In this document: positions 8,624-18,074 of the stretch, piece by piece
Numbering within the stretch: position 1 is the stretch's first letter
Layout: the number at the start of each line of letters is the position of its first letter
Source: an uncultured Gemmatimonadales bacterium
Lineage (GTDB): Bacteria > Pseudomonadota > Gammaproteobacteria > Pseudomonadales > IMCC2047
DNA length: 53,152 nt
Direction of reading: 5' to 3'
NCBI GenBank assembly: GCA_964195105.1
Contig: CAXMOT010000038.1
Location: 1 to 53,152, forward strand
Program-made: the position numbers and the translations under genes
The notes under the pieces: generated by a model
The model's database searches: none
Seen by the model: the letters and a program-made list of their open reading frames with translations, nothing else
Told to the model about the DNA's origin: nothing

Positions 8624-11578
8624 CTAAATTTGTCCCAATACATCCTGCCAGACCGCGATAACGGCGGCCCGATGTACAATTATCTCATCGTCTTCGAGCG
8701 TCGCCAGGTTGATGCGACTGCTTTGACCGTCGATGGTCAAGCGATGCACGACCGAGCGCAACGCGACATACGCGTCACGCATCTTCTGCGCCTGATCAGC
8801 CGTCATCAAACCGGTGTGTTCCAGCGCATCAAGAATACGAACATTGTCCGTATACTCAACCAACTCGGGATGACCTTGCGACCAGGCAAGCACAGCATAT
8901 TGCACGAGAAATTCTATATCGACAATACCTCCTGCATCATATTTGAGATCAAAGGCAGGGTTGTGTTGATCCGGGCCAGGGGCACTGCCATGGGCCTGGC
9001 GAATTTTGTCGCGCATTTCGATAACTGCGCGTTTTACTTCGGCTTCGTCACGATCCCGCGCAAGGATGTTTTTACGCAACTCATCGAAGGCATTACCCAA
9101 CTTCCCAGTTCCCGCTACGACCCGTGCGCGCACCAGCGCCTGGTGCTCCCACAACCAGGCATGCTCGCGCTGATACTTGCCCATCGCATCGAGTGAGGAT
9201 ACCAATAAACCCGCGTTTCCAGAGGGTCGCAACCGCATATCGACATCATACAATTGTCCCGATGGCGTGTAGGCCGTCAGCATATGAATAATGCGCTGTG
9301 CGATACGCGTATAAAACACCGGATTCTCAATGGATTTCTCACCGTCGGTTACCCCCTGTGCCGGCGCATCATAGACAAACACCAGGTCCAGGTCGGAGCT
9401 GTAACTCAACTCCAGGCCACCCAGTTTCCCGTACCCGACAACGATAAAGTTCTGCTCGGGCGCCACATCGGAAGACTGTCGACCGCAAGCCTGCCCAGGC
9501 AAGCCATACTGCTCGGTCACGTGGGCCCAGGCAATAGTGAGCGCTTCTTTCAAAACGGCTTCCGCGATAAAAGTGAGGTAATCACTCACCTTCATCAGCG
9601 ACAGCACACCGGTGACTTCCGATGCCGCGACGCGCAGCACATGGGCAAGCTTGAACTGGCGCAGGCACTCCATCTGCTGCTCGACATCATCGCTGGCTAT
9701 GCGCAGGATTTGCTGACGTAACTCGGACCACAGCTCGTGCGGATCCGCCGGCGAATACAACTCCCGCGCGTCGATAAGTTCATCCAGTAGTAGCGGGTAT
9801 CGCGCAACCTCCTCGGCAATCCACGGACTGGCCGCACACAAAGCCAACAACTGGTTCAACGCCGGCGGGTTTTCAACCAGCAGGACAAAGTAGGCGGTGC
9901 GCCGCAACACGGATTCCACCAGCAGCATAATGCGCCGAAACGTCTCGCCGGGAGACTTGCCAGCAACCAGCCCACTGAGCATCAACGGCATAAATTCATC
10001 CAACCGCTGCAGAGCAATCGGCTGCATCGCCTGCACTTTTCGGCTCGCCCTGAAATCAGCCAGTTGGGCAAGCACCTCGGCCGGCCTATCGACGCCATGA
10101 TGCACCAACAACGCCTCGGCTTCCTCGTCATCCAGCTCCTGGCCCCATAGCCGCTGCCACGGGTCCTGCGCCGCAACGTTTGCCGCAGCATCACCTTCCT
10201 CCGGCGCCGCGATGAGCTCATTAAACTGTTCGTGAACGAAGTCCCGGTGCCCGGTAAGTGCCGACGCGAAGCCGTCCCAGTCGGCAAAGCCCATGGCGAT
10301 CGCAAGGCGCAGGCGATCCAGTTCCTCCCGAGGCAGTTTCTGGGTCTGTTCATCCCGTATCGACTGAATAGCATGCTCTGTATTGCGCAGGAATCGATAC
10401 GCGGCCACCAGCTCAACAGCAACCTGCTCCGGCAACAAACCCAGCTCGACGATGGTCTGGATGACCACTAGCAGTCGTGATTCCTGCAAACGTCGGTCCC
10501 GACCACCGCGCACTAACTGAAATACCTGGACGATAAACTCGACCTCGCGAATCCCCCCCGAACCCAGTTTGATATCTTCCTGCAGGCCACGCCGTCGCTC
10601 TTCCCGGCGAATCAATCCTTTCATGGCCCGCAGCGCCTCGATCGCACTGTAATCGAGATAGCGCCGATACACGAAGGGCCGCAGCTCTTCCATCAGGCGC
10701 GCGCCGGCATCCTGGTCGCCGGCAACCACCCGCGCCTTGATAAAGGCATAGCGCTCCCAATCGCGACCCTGGGTCTGGTAGTACTCGGACATCGCGGCAA
10801 AATTGAGCACCAGCGCACCGCTCTGCCCATAGGGTCGAAGCCGCATATCGACGCGGAACACGAAGCCGTCCGCGGTACGCGTATCGAGACAATGAATAAG
10901 GCGTTGCGCCAGGCGCGTAAAAAATTGCTGGTTATCCAGGCCACTGTCTGTTTCGCCCTTGTCGGGAAAGGCGAAGATCAGGTCAATATCCGATGACATA
11001 TTAAGCTCCCACGCACCGAGCTTACCCATGCCCAACACCACCAACTGCTGCGGCGAGGCGTCATCGGCGTCGCTGCTGCACGGAGTGCCATATTTGGCGC
11101 ATGCCTCGCGATATACCCAGGCAAGAGTCTCATCGATACATGCCTCTGCGAGCAGCGAGAGGTCCCGGGTAGTCTGCTCCAACGTGGCAAGCCCCAGCCG
11201 GTCGCGCCAGATTACCCTCACCATCTCCCGATTGCGCAGGCGCCGCAAGGCAGGCAATAGCGCTTCCTCGCTGGCAACCTCGGACAGAAGCCAGCACAAC
11301 TTCTGGCGCATATCTTCATCAGCGTAGTCGGTTTCGAGGCTGCCGCTCTCGAGCAGGTCAAACAACAAGGCGGGTGCGCGCTGGCACTCCTTGACGACGA
11401 ACTCGCTCGATGACCAGACCTCGGCAAGTTGTGCGAGTAGTTCCGGATTAGCCGTTAACTGCTGTATTTTTTCTGCGAAGGAGGCATCGGCGAGATCAAC
11501 AAACTTGTCCCACGCGAGCCTGAAAACATCGGCCAACGGGGCGGGGAGATTAACACTGTGGTGAAATGGCTGTGACAT
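8624..11578 (-). CDS. glnE: Glutamine synthetase adenylyltransferase/adenylyl-removing enzyme
   Basis: Two nucleotidyltransferase halves: GMGKLGAWELNMSSDIDLIF...RVDMRLRPYG and GYGKLGGLELSYSSDLDLVF...DMRLRPSG; 984 aa. Confidence 0.97.
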   Translation of the reverse strand: MSQPFHHSVNLPAPLADVFRLAWDKFVDLADASFAEKIQQLTANPELLAQLAEVWSSSEFVVKECQRAPALLFDLLESGSLETDYADEDMRQKLCWLLSEVASEEALLPALRRLRNREMVRVIWRDRLGLATLEQTTRDLSLLAEACIDETLAWVYREACAKYGTPCSSDADDASPQQLVVLGMGKLGAWELNMSSDIDLIFAFPDKGETDSGLDNQQFFTRLAQRLIHCLDTRTADGFVFRVDMRLRPYGQSGALVLNFAAMSEYYQTQGRDWERYAFIKARVVAGDQDAGARLMEELRPFVYRRYLDYSAIEALRAMKGLIRREERRRGLQEDIKLGSGGIREVEFIVQVFQLVRGGRDRRLQESRLLVVIQTIVELGLLPEQVAVELVAAYRFLRNTEHAIQSIRDEQTQKLPREELDRLRLAIAMGFADWDGFASALTGHRDFVHEQFNELIAAPEEGDAAANVAAQDPWQRLWGQELDDEEAEALLVHHGVDRPAEVLAQLADFRASRKVQAMQPIALQRLDEFMPLMLSGLVAGKSPGETFRRIMLLVESVLRRTAYFVLLVENPPALNQLLALCAASPWIAEEVARYPLLLDELIDARELYSPADPHELWSELRQQILRIASDDVEQQMECLRQFKLAHVLRVAASEVTGVLSLMKVSDYLTFIAEAVLKEALTIAWAHVTEQYGLPGQACGRQSSDVAPEQNFIVVGYGKLGGLELSYSSDLDLVFVYDAPAQGVTDGEKSIENPVFYTRIAQRIIHMLTAYTPSGQLYDVDMRLRPSGNAGLLVSSLDAMGKYQREHAWLWEHQALVRARVVAGTGKLGNAFDELRKNILARDRDEAEVKRAVIEMRDKIRQAHGSAPGPDQHNPAFDLKYDAGGIVDIEFLVQYAVLAWSQGHPELVEYTDNVRILDALEHTGLMTADQAQKMRDAYVALRSVVHRLTIDGQSSRINLATLEDDEIIVHRAAVIAVWQDVLGQI

Positions 11579-11838
11579 GGTTTCCCGGACGCTCTGCGAT
11601 TATCGTCTGCGCTTGCCGGAAGTGCGGATCCGTACCCGGTAACACGCGCTCAATAAATAGTAACGCGCCCAATGTGATCGAGCCAATCTATTTAGTGGGT
11701 CGCTCGCAGAATGGGGAGGACAGCCGGAAGCTAACCCGGAGAATTTACGACGGGATCGTAGATTAGGGGGAATCCAACCAGGTACAAACCGCTACCGGCT
11801 AATAAATCCTTTTCTGCGCGCAAATCCCATCGATATCA

Positions 11839-13629
11839 CTAATCTTGAACGGCGGGCGTTACCCGCATGACCTCGACGATAGTGGTATTCCCCGCCGCGA
11901 CTTTTTGCGCGCCACTGAGGCGCAGGGTCTGCATGCCCTCCTTGATCGCCTGCTGGCGAACCTCACCCAGATCCGTTTGCTCGTGGATCAGCGCCTTTAT
12001 CTCGCTACTCAGGGGCATAACCTCATAGATTCCGGCGCGCCCTTTATAGCCGGTATCGCGGCACTCCAGGCAGCCCGCCGGCTCGCAGGTATGCTGCGGC
12101 AATTTGGAACGCCAGGGTTTCGTCAATGATGCCCAGGCCTCCTCATCAACACCGGTGGCCTGTTTGCAGTTCGGGCACAGGGTACGCACCAGGCGCTGCG
12201 CCATAATGCCAAGCACCGTTGCCTTGATCAGGTAGGGCGGCACGCCCAATTCCAGCATCCGCGTCAGCGCCGAGGGCGCATCGTTGGTATGCAGGGTCGA
12301 TAATACGAGGTGGCCGGTCAACGCCGCCTGGATGGCCATCTCTGCGGTTTCCAGATCGCGGATCTCGCCGATCATGATGATATCGGGGTCCTGCCGCAGC
12401 AGCGCGCGCACGCCGTCTGCAAACGTCAGGTCGATATTGGATTGCACCTGCATCTGGTTGAAACTGGGCTCGACCATTTCGATCGGGTCTTCGATCGTGC
12501 TCACGTTTACTTCCGGCGTCGCCAGTTGCTTCAACGTGGAATACAGGGTGGTGGTCTTACCCGACCCGGTCGGACCGGTCACCAGCACAATGCCATTGGG
12601 GCTGGAGGTCATAGTATTCCAGCGCCGGTAGTCGTCATTGGCCAGGCCGAGCTCGTCAAAACTCTTCAGCAACACGTCGGGATCGAAGATCCGCATGACC
12701 ATCTTTTCCCCGAACGCGGTCGGGAGCGTGGACAGTCGCAGTTCGACTTCCATGCCCTCCGGGCTCTTGGTCTTCAAACGGCCGTCCTGGGGGTGGCGCT
12801 TCTCCGCCACATTCATGCGCCCGAGGATTTTCAGGCGACTAACTACCGCCGTCACGACTTGCGCCGGCAGCTGGTAGACCAGGTGCAGGACGCCATCGAT
12901 ACGAAACCGCATATTACCGTGGTCACGGCGCGGTTCGATGTGGATATCACTGGCGCGCTGGGCAAATGCATATTGCAGCAGCCAGTCAACGATATTGACG
13001 ATATGCTGGTCGTTGGCATCGGCAGATTGTGCACCCCCCAGCTCCAGCATCTGTTCAAGGTTAGTTATACCCGCGCTGCCGCCACCCTCGCCCGCCGCGC
13101 CACTGACCGATCTGGCCAGGTTATAGAATTCCACGCTATAGCGCCTGATATCACCGGGCGCAGCGACCACGCGACGGATGTTTTTGCGCAGCACATGGCC
13201 AAGATCGGACTCCCAGCCCGAAATGTACGGCTCGGCACTGGCGATCATCACCTCGTCCGGCAGCACTTCCACGGCAAGAATCTTATGCCGTTCAGCGAAT
13301 GCGTATGACATCACTTCCGCGACCGCCTTGACGTTGATCTTCAGGGGGTCGATATGATGATAATCCTGCCCGGCGCGCGCGGCGAGCCACGCGGTAAGGG
13401 TATACTGGTCCAGCAATTTTCCCGGATTCGCAATGTCCTTATACTCTGCCTCAGCAACCTGCTCGATGGGGTGCAAATTCAACTGCGCCTGGGTACGGCG
13501 GTTAACAAAAAACCCGTCGGCATCGTCCTGCGCCAGGCGGCCGTCTTCAACGAGATCGGCGAGCAGGCCACGCAGCTCTATTTTCCGTTCCCGGACGGGT
13601 GATACGTTAAGGCTCTCTGTAGAAGACAT
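11839..13629 (-). CDS. GspE/PilB-family secretion/pilus assembly ATPase (orphan)
   Basis: RASDIHIEP, Walker A GPTGSGKT, TIEDPIE, LRQDPDIIMIGEIRD, TGHLVLSTLHTN, tetracysteine CPNC...CLEC; start placed at ATG 13629 (track uses TTG 13659). Confidence 0.9.
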   Translation of the reverse strand: MSSTESLNVSPVRERKIELRGLLADLVEDGRLAQDDADGFFVNRRTQAQLNLHPIEQVAEAEYKDIANPGKLLDQYTLTAWLAARAGQDYHHIDPLKINVKAVAEVMSYAFAERHKILAVEVLPDEVMIASAEPYISGWESDLGHVLRKNIRRVVAAPGDIRRYSVEFYNLARSVSGAAGEGGGSAGITNLEQMLELGGAQSADANDQHIVNIVDWLLQYAFAQRASDIHIEPRRDHGNMRFRIDGVLHLVYQLPAQVVTAVVSRLKILGRMNVAEKRHPQDGRLKTKSPEGMEVELRLSTLPTAFGEKMVMRIFDPDVLLKSFDELGLANDDYRRWNTMTSSPNGIVLVTGPTGSGKTTTLYSTLKQLATPEVNVSTIEDPIEMVEPSFNQMQVQSNIDLTFADGVRALLRQDPDIIMIGEIRDLETAEMAIQAALTGHLVLSTLHTNDAPSALTRMLELGVPPYLIKATVLGIMAQRLVRTLCPNCKQATGVDEEAWASLTKPWRSKLPQHTCEPAGCLECRDTGYKGRAGIYEVMPLSSEIKALIHEQTDLGEVRQQAIKEGMQTLRLSGAQKVAAGNTTIVEVMRVTPAVQD

Positions 13630-13773
13630 TTTTTCGGACGGTCCAGTAGGGTTTAACAATCATTATAGCTGGTTATATCGGGGAAACTAGGATCGAATTG
13701 ATCCCGACGCATAATTACGCTTAATCGTTTTTGCCTCCAAAATCGGGACGTTCTAAAGCATGCGACACGCCAA

Positions 13774-14309
13774 CTGGGGAAGCTCTGATTAGTACCTTAA
13801 CACCTCTGCGTGACCTGAAGGTTTTAGCTGCAAGGCGGGAGCTGCCGCTAATGCTTATTACATTGGCAAAGCTTTCAACGCAGCAGATGAAGTCTTCAGG
13901 CCGCGCCCGCTGGGGCTTACAGAGACTTGCTGGCTCTTTGTTGGCTTCGCTTCCAAGGATTAGTGTAGTGCCCTGAATATAATGCGCGTTTCAGAGCCTT
14001 CTAAATTTGTCATGGCAAGGCGCTGCCCGCAGGTAATGGTCACGCCCTTGGCAAGGGCTGCAACACCGCCATGGCGAATATGGGTGGCTCCCTTCGGGCA
14101 GGTCGCCAAGCGCTGATCTGCGGTGTTGCGTTCCCTTGAAAGAGATGACTATTCCTGCGCAAACGCGCCTGGCAGCTAACCGCTTGGCAACCTGCTGAAA
14201 TGTGCATTATATTCAGGACACTACACCAGACATTGCTGCGCAAAGCCGCCTCGACCCAGCAAGTCTCTGTAAGCCAGAGGAATTAGGGTACTAATCAGAG
14301 CTTCCCTAG
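13774..14309. mobile_element. Non-autonomous miniature inverted-repeat element with IS5-like ends (outer element)
   Basis: Perfect 20-bp inverted repeat GGGAAGCTCTGATTAGTACC (13777-13796) / GGTACTAATCAGAGCTTCCC (14287-14306); flanks CTGG and CTAG; two internal hairpin arms; no transposase. Confidence 0.75.
13961..14228. mobile_element. Second two-armed inverted-repeat element nested in the outer one
   Basis: 34-bp terminal inverted repeat (13961-13994 / 14195-14228, 30/34 matches); two ERIC-like arms joined by CCTTCGGG. Confidence 0.75.
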
Positions 14310-14331
14310 GTATAATCACTAGCTATTTTCA

Positions 14332-15501
14332 ATGAATGCAAAGACTATGCCCGGCCTGATTATCCCCAAACTGGCAACCCAACTGGCGCAGCTCATCGCT
14401 ACACCGTCGGTTAGTTGCACCGCACCAAACTGGGACCAGAGCAACCTGCCCGTAATCGAGCTACTGGCCAGCTGGCTGGAAACCCTCGGCTTCAAATGCG
14501 AGATCATTGGCGTGCCTGACCATCCCACCAAGGCCAACCTGATCGCCACACTCGGCAGCGGTCCCGGCGGGCTTGTGCTGGCCGGCCACACCGATACCGT
14601 GCCCTTTGACGAACACCTCTGGCAACACAACCCATTGGCATTAACGGAGGCCGACCAACGCTTCTATGGACTGGGTACCAGCGACATGAAGGGGTTTTTC
14701 CCGATCGCGATCGAAGCGGCCAGGAAGTTTATCGATGCCGATCTCAAACAACCCCTGATTATCCTGGCAACCGCGGATGAAGAAAGCTCGATGTCCGGCG
14801 CCAGGGCGTTAGCCGAGGCAGGCCAGCCGGTAGCGCGGTACGCCATCATTGGCGAGCCCACCGGAATGAAACCGGTACGCATGCATAAAGGCATGATGAT
14901 GCAGGCAATTCGGATTCAGGGTAACGCGGGGCATTCATCCAACCCGGCGTTAGGCAATAGCGCGCTCGATGCGATGCAAGAAGTGCTAACGGAGCTGCTG
15001 GCTTTCAGGAGCGAACTCAAGCGGGATTACCAACAGGCGGACTTCGATGTCAGCTACCCGACCCTGAACCTTGGCTGCATCCATGGTGGTGACAACCCTA
15101 ACCGCATCTGTGGTAGCTGTGAGTTACAGTTTGACCTGCGGCCACTGCCTGGAATGCAGCTGGATGTATTGCACGAGGCACTGGTCCAGCGCCTGTCACC
15201 CATCGGGGCAAGGCGTGGTGTCGATTTGGAGATCGTTCCACTGTTCGGTGGCATTCCCGCCCATGAGACAGCCGCGGACTCATCGATCGTCCGGGCGGCG
15301 GAACGCCTGACCGGGCATAACGCCATCAGTGTCAATTTCGCCACCGAGGCGCCCTACCTGGATCAACTCGGAATGCAAACAGTGGTGCTGGGGCCCGGCG
15401 ATATTGACCAGGCGCATCAACCGGACGAATACTTAGCGCTCGACCGGATTAAGCCTACAATTACGATCCTCGAAGGATTGATCAAGGAATTTTGTCTTTA
15501 A
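14332..15501 (+). CDS. argE: Acetylornithine deacetylase
   Basis: M20 motifs LAGHTDTVP, GTSDMKGF, ADEES, IIGEPT, GHSS, QAHQPDE; upstream of argA. Confidence 0.95.
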   Translation: MNAKTMPGLIIPKLATQLAQLIATPSVSCTAPNWDQSNLPVIELLASWLETLGFKCEIIGVPDHPTKANLIATLGSGPGGLVLAGHTDTVPFDEHLWQHNPLALTEADQRFYGLGTSDMKGFFPIAIEAARKFIDADLKQPLIILATADEESSMSGARALAEAGQPVARYAIIGEPTGMKPVRMHKGMMMQAIRIQGNAGHSSNPALGNSALDAMQEVLTELLAFRSELKRDYQQADFDVSYPTLNLGCIHGGDNPNRICGSCELQFDLRPLPGMQLDVLHEALVQRLSPIGARRGVDLEIVPLFGGIPAHETAADSSIVRAAERLTGHNAISVNFATEAPYLDQLGMQTVVLGPGDIDQAHQPDEYLALDRIKPTITILEGLIKEFCL

Positions 15502-15533
15502 GCTTTTTACCTTTAAGTTTTTTACCTTTAAGT
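15496..15533. repeat. 15-bp tandem repeat, about 2.5 copies
   Basis: CTTTAAGCTTTTTAC / CTTTAAGTTTTTTAC / CTTTAAGT starting at 15496, 15511, 15526. Confidence 0.85.
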
Positions 15534-15547
15534 AATGTGACCCAAGC

Positions 15548-16864
15548 ATGACCCAGGAACACAAAACGCACATAGACTGGTTTAGAGGCTCAGGCCCCTA
15601 TATCAACGCGAACCGCAACAAGACCTTCGTGCTGATGCTCGGCGGCGATGCCTTGGCGCACGCGCAGGTCGAAGCCACAATCCATGACATTTCGCTGCTC
15701 AGCAGCCTGGGCGTGAGGCTGGTCGTGGTGTTCGGGTCGCGCCCGCAGATTGAAAAACGGCTTAACCAGCGCAGCATCACCAGCCGCTTTCACAACAACC
15801 TTAGAGTGACCGACGAACCGACCCTGGAATGCGTCAAGGACGCGGTGGGCGCACTGCGAACTGAAATCGAGTCGCTGCTGTCTATGGGCCTGGCAAACTC
15901 GCCCATGCACGGCGCGCGCCTGCGGGTAACCAGCGGCAACTATGTGGTCGCCAAGCCTTTGGGGATTCTGGACGGAGTCGATTTGTGCCACACCGGGGAG
16001 GTCCGGCGCATCGACTGTGCGGCGATTCGCGAACAACTGGACGCAGGCAGCATCGTGCTACTGCCACCCGTGGGATATTCCCCGACAGGCGAGATATTCA
16101 ATTTATCCGCCGAGCAGCTGGCCAGTCAGGCCGCCGCATCACTTAACGCCGATAAACTGGTATTTATGTGCAGTTCGGCAGGCGCGATGGACGAAGACGG
16201 TAACCTGCTGCGGGAACTCAACACCCAGGAAGCGCAGTGGCTGATTGGCGCCGGAAACCAAACCAGTGAGATTACGAGGCACCTGCAAGCTGCCTCTGCG
16301 GCGTGTAATGCAGGCGTCCAGCGGGCCCATCTCGTCAGTTTCGCCGAGGACGGCGCGCTGCTGAGCGAACTCTACACCCGCGACGGCACCGGTACGCTTA
16401 TAACGGTCAAGAGCTTTGAGCAAATCCGACCGGCACTTATTGCGGATGTGGGTGGTATTATCCAGCTCATCCAACCCCTTGAGGAACAAGGTGTACTGGT
16501 GCGTCGTTCCCGCGAACTGCTGGAGAATGAAATAGACCGCTTCACGGTCATCGAGCGTGATGGCACGATTATCGGTTGCGCAGCAATCTATCCCTTTACA
16601 GGCGAACAAGTGGCGGAATTGGCCTGCGTCGCAGTGCATCCAGATTACCGCAAAGGCGGACGCGGGGAAAACCTTGTCGAAGCCGTCTGTAGTCTGGCCA
16701 GGAGAGCCGGTATCGAGTGCATTGTCGTACTCACTACCCAGACAGCCCATTGGTTCGTGGAGCGTGGCTTTGTGAAACAGCCACTCGAATCCTTGCCGAC
16801 CAGCAAACAGTCGCTGTACAACTGGCAGCGCAATTCGAACGTATTCGAAAAACAGCTTTCATAG
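15548..16864 (+). CDS. argA: N-acetylglutamate synthase
   Basis: Amino-acid-kinase domain (WFRGSGPYIN, GYSPTGEIFNL) plus GNAT domain (ELACVAVHPDYRKGGRG, HWFVERGF, YNWQRNS). Confidence 0.97.
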   Translation: MTQEHKTHIDWFRGSGPYINANRNKTFVLMLGGDALAHAQVEATIHDISLLSSLGVRLVVVFGSRPQIEKRLNQRSITSRFHNNLRVTDEPTLECVKDAVGALRTEIESLLSMGLANSPMHGARLRVTSGNYVVAKPLGILDGVDLCHTGEVRRIDCAAIREQLDAGSIVLLPPVGYSPTGEIFNLSAEQLASQAAASLNADKLVFMCSSAGAMDEDGNLLRELNTQEAQWLIGAGNQTSEITRHLQAASAACNAGVQRAHLVSFAEDGALLSELYTRDGTGTLITVKSFEQIRPALIADVGGIIQLIQPLEEQGVLVRRSRELLENEIDRFTVIERDGTIIGCAAIYPFTGEQVAELACVAVHPDYRKGGRGENLVEAVCSLARRAGIECIVVLTTQTAHWFVERGFVKQPLESLPTSKQSLYNWQRNSNVFEKQLS

Positions 16865-16944
16865 GATAGGGTGCAGGCATAGAAGGAAATTTTTGCTGCG
16901 CGCGGTGACACGGGGAGGAATAGCAAGCTGACTTACCTGCAGGC

Positions 16945-16974
16945 AAAAAAATGGCCGGCTTTTCGGGCCGGCCA
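16945..16974 (-). terminator. Intrinsic terminator for the small minus-strand gene
   Basis: Stem TGGCCGGC/GCCGGCCA preceded on + by A7 (U tail on the minus strand). Confidence 0.8.
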
Positions 16975-17047
16975 GTTATTGCGTTGTAATCGTTTGCCTT
17001 ATCGGCGGTACAAATGTTGAGTCGTGATCTTGCTCAACTAACACGGG

Positions 17048-17338
17048 TTAGCGCGCCAGCTCGATGCTATCGAATCGAGCCAACAGCTCGGACTCAATTT
17101 CGGCATCCATATCACTAATCATCAACTGCATTCCGGAATCAACGTCCCGGCTAAGCTGCGCCACCAATATCGCTTCGGCAAGCTTCTCATCAATCGCTTG
17201 CTCAAGGCTCACGACGGTAATTGATTGCTTAACGACCTGTTCAGTGGCTACCGCATTGAAGTCATTGCTGGAGTACTTGGCAAATGCCAGGCCGCCAGAA
17301 ACACCCAATGCCAAAACAAAAGCTACTAGTTTTTTCAT
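17048..17338 (-). CDS. Small secreted hypothetical protein
   Basis: RBS GAGGAG, Sec signal MKKLVAFVLALGVSGGLAFA, own downstream terminator. Confidence 0.75.
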   Translation of the reverse strand: MKKLVAFVLALGVSGGLAFAKYSSNDFNAVATEQVVKQSITVVSLEQAIDEKLAEAILVAQLSRDVDSGMQLMISDMDAEIESELLARFDSIELAR

Positions 17339-17555
17339 GCTGTGATCTCCTCAATATAGATCATGGTTAGAAAGCAACAAAACCTTATGCTTTGTTACCT
17401 ATAGTTACATTATGTAACATAAGTACAAGAATGGCATATTTTCACAGGAACACAAACATAAACACAGTTTTTTATATAATATTTTGTTATATTCGCGATA
17501 GTTATTATGCGATGCAAAACAACCTTTTTCTGGACATATAATCCCTACAATAGTT

Positions 17556-18074
17556 ATGTATACTGAGTTTATTGCAGAAACGAAGGTGAAACTATTTGGC
17601 GGAACAGAAGAATTCGTTTGCCAATTAATCCGGAGAGAGGCCGGCACCGCAACGGTCCTCTATGAGGTGCCTGAAACCCGTTATCTCGGCTCATTGATGT
17701 TACGTAAGGGAACCTTAAGTTTTGGCTACTTCCGGGAGGACCGGAACTACAACGTCTACCATTTTGTAACCCCGGCCGGCGCCACCCTCGCGACCTACTT
17801 TAATGTCAGCGACCAAACGCGGGTGACCGCTGCCGCTATCAACTGGCGGGACCTGGTAGTGGATATACTGGTGACACCTCAACAGGGCTGCGAGGTTCTG
17901 GACGAGGATGAACTTCCCGGCGAGCTTGATCCTGCGCTCGCCCGGCTTATTACTGAGACGCGAGACTATGTTGTATTAAACCATTACAAGCTGGTACGGG
18001 AAGTGGGGCTTGCTACTGCGACGCATTTAGCCGCGCTTAATCCGGGCTCCCTAACAACTTCCCGGGATTCATAA
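17556..18074 (+). CDS. DUF402-like protein
   Basis: YNVYHF, YFNVSD, WRDLVVDILV, VLDEDEL pattern; 3' end overlaps the convergent gene by 38 bp. Confidence 0.7.
   Translation: MYTEFIAETKVKLFGGTEEFVCQLIRREAGTATVLYEVPETRYLGSLMLRKGTLSFGYFREDRNYNVYHFVTPAGATLATYFNVSDQTRVTAAAINWRDLVVDILVTPQQGCEVLDEDELPGELDPALARLITETRDYVVLNHYKLVREVGLATATHLAALNPGSLTTSRDS

Noticed and set aside
12310-13308. Long antisense ORFs (also 46367-47323, 21575-22369, 29806-30558)
   Set aside because: Shadow frames opposite well-conserved GC-rich genes; no independent motifs.
13731-14243. Short ORFs 13731-13976 and 14040-14243
   Set aside because: They lie within the nested inverted-repeat elements, have TTG starts and no recognisable motifs.
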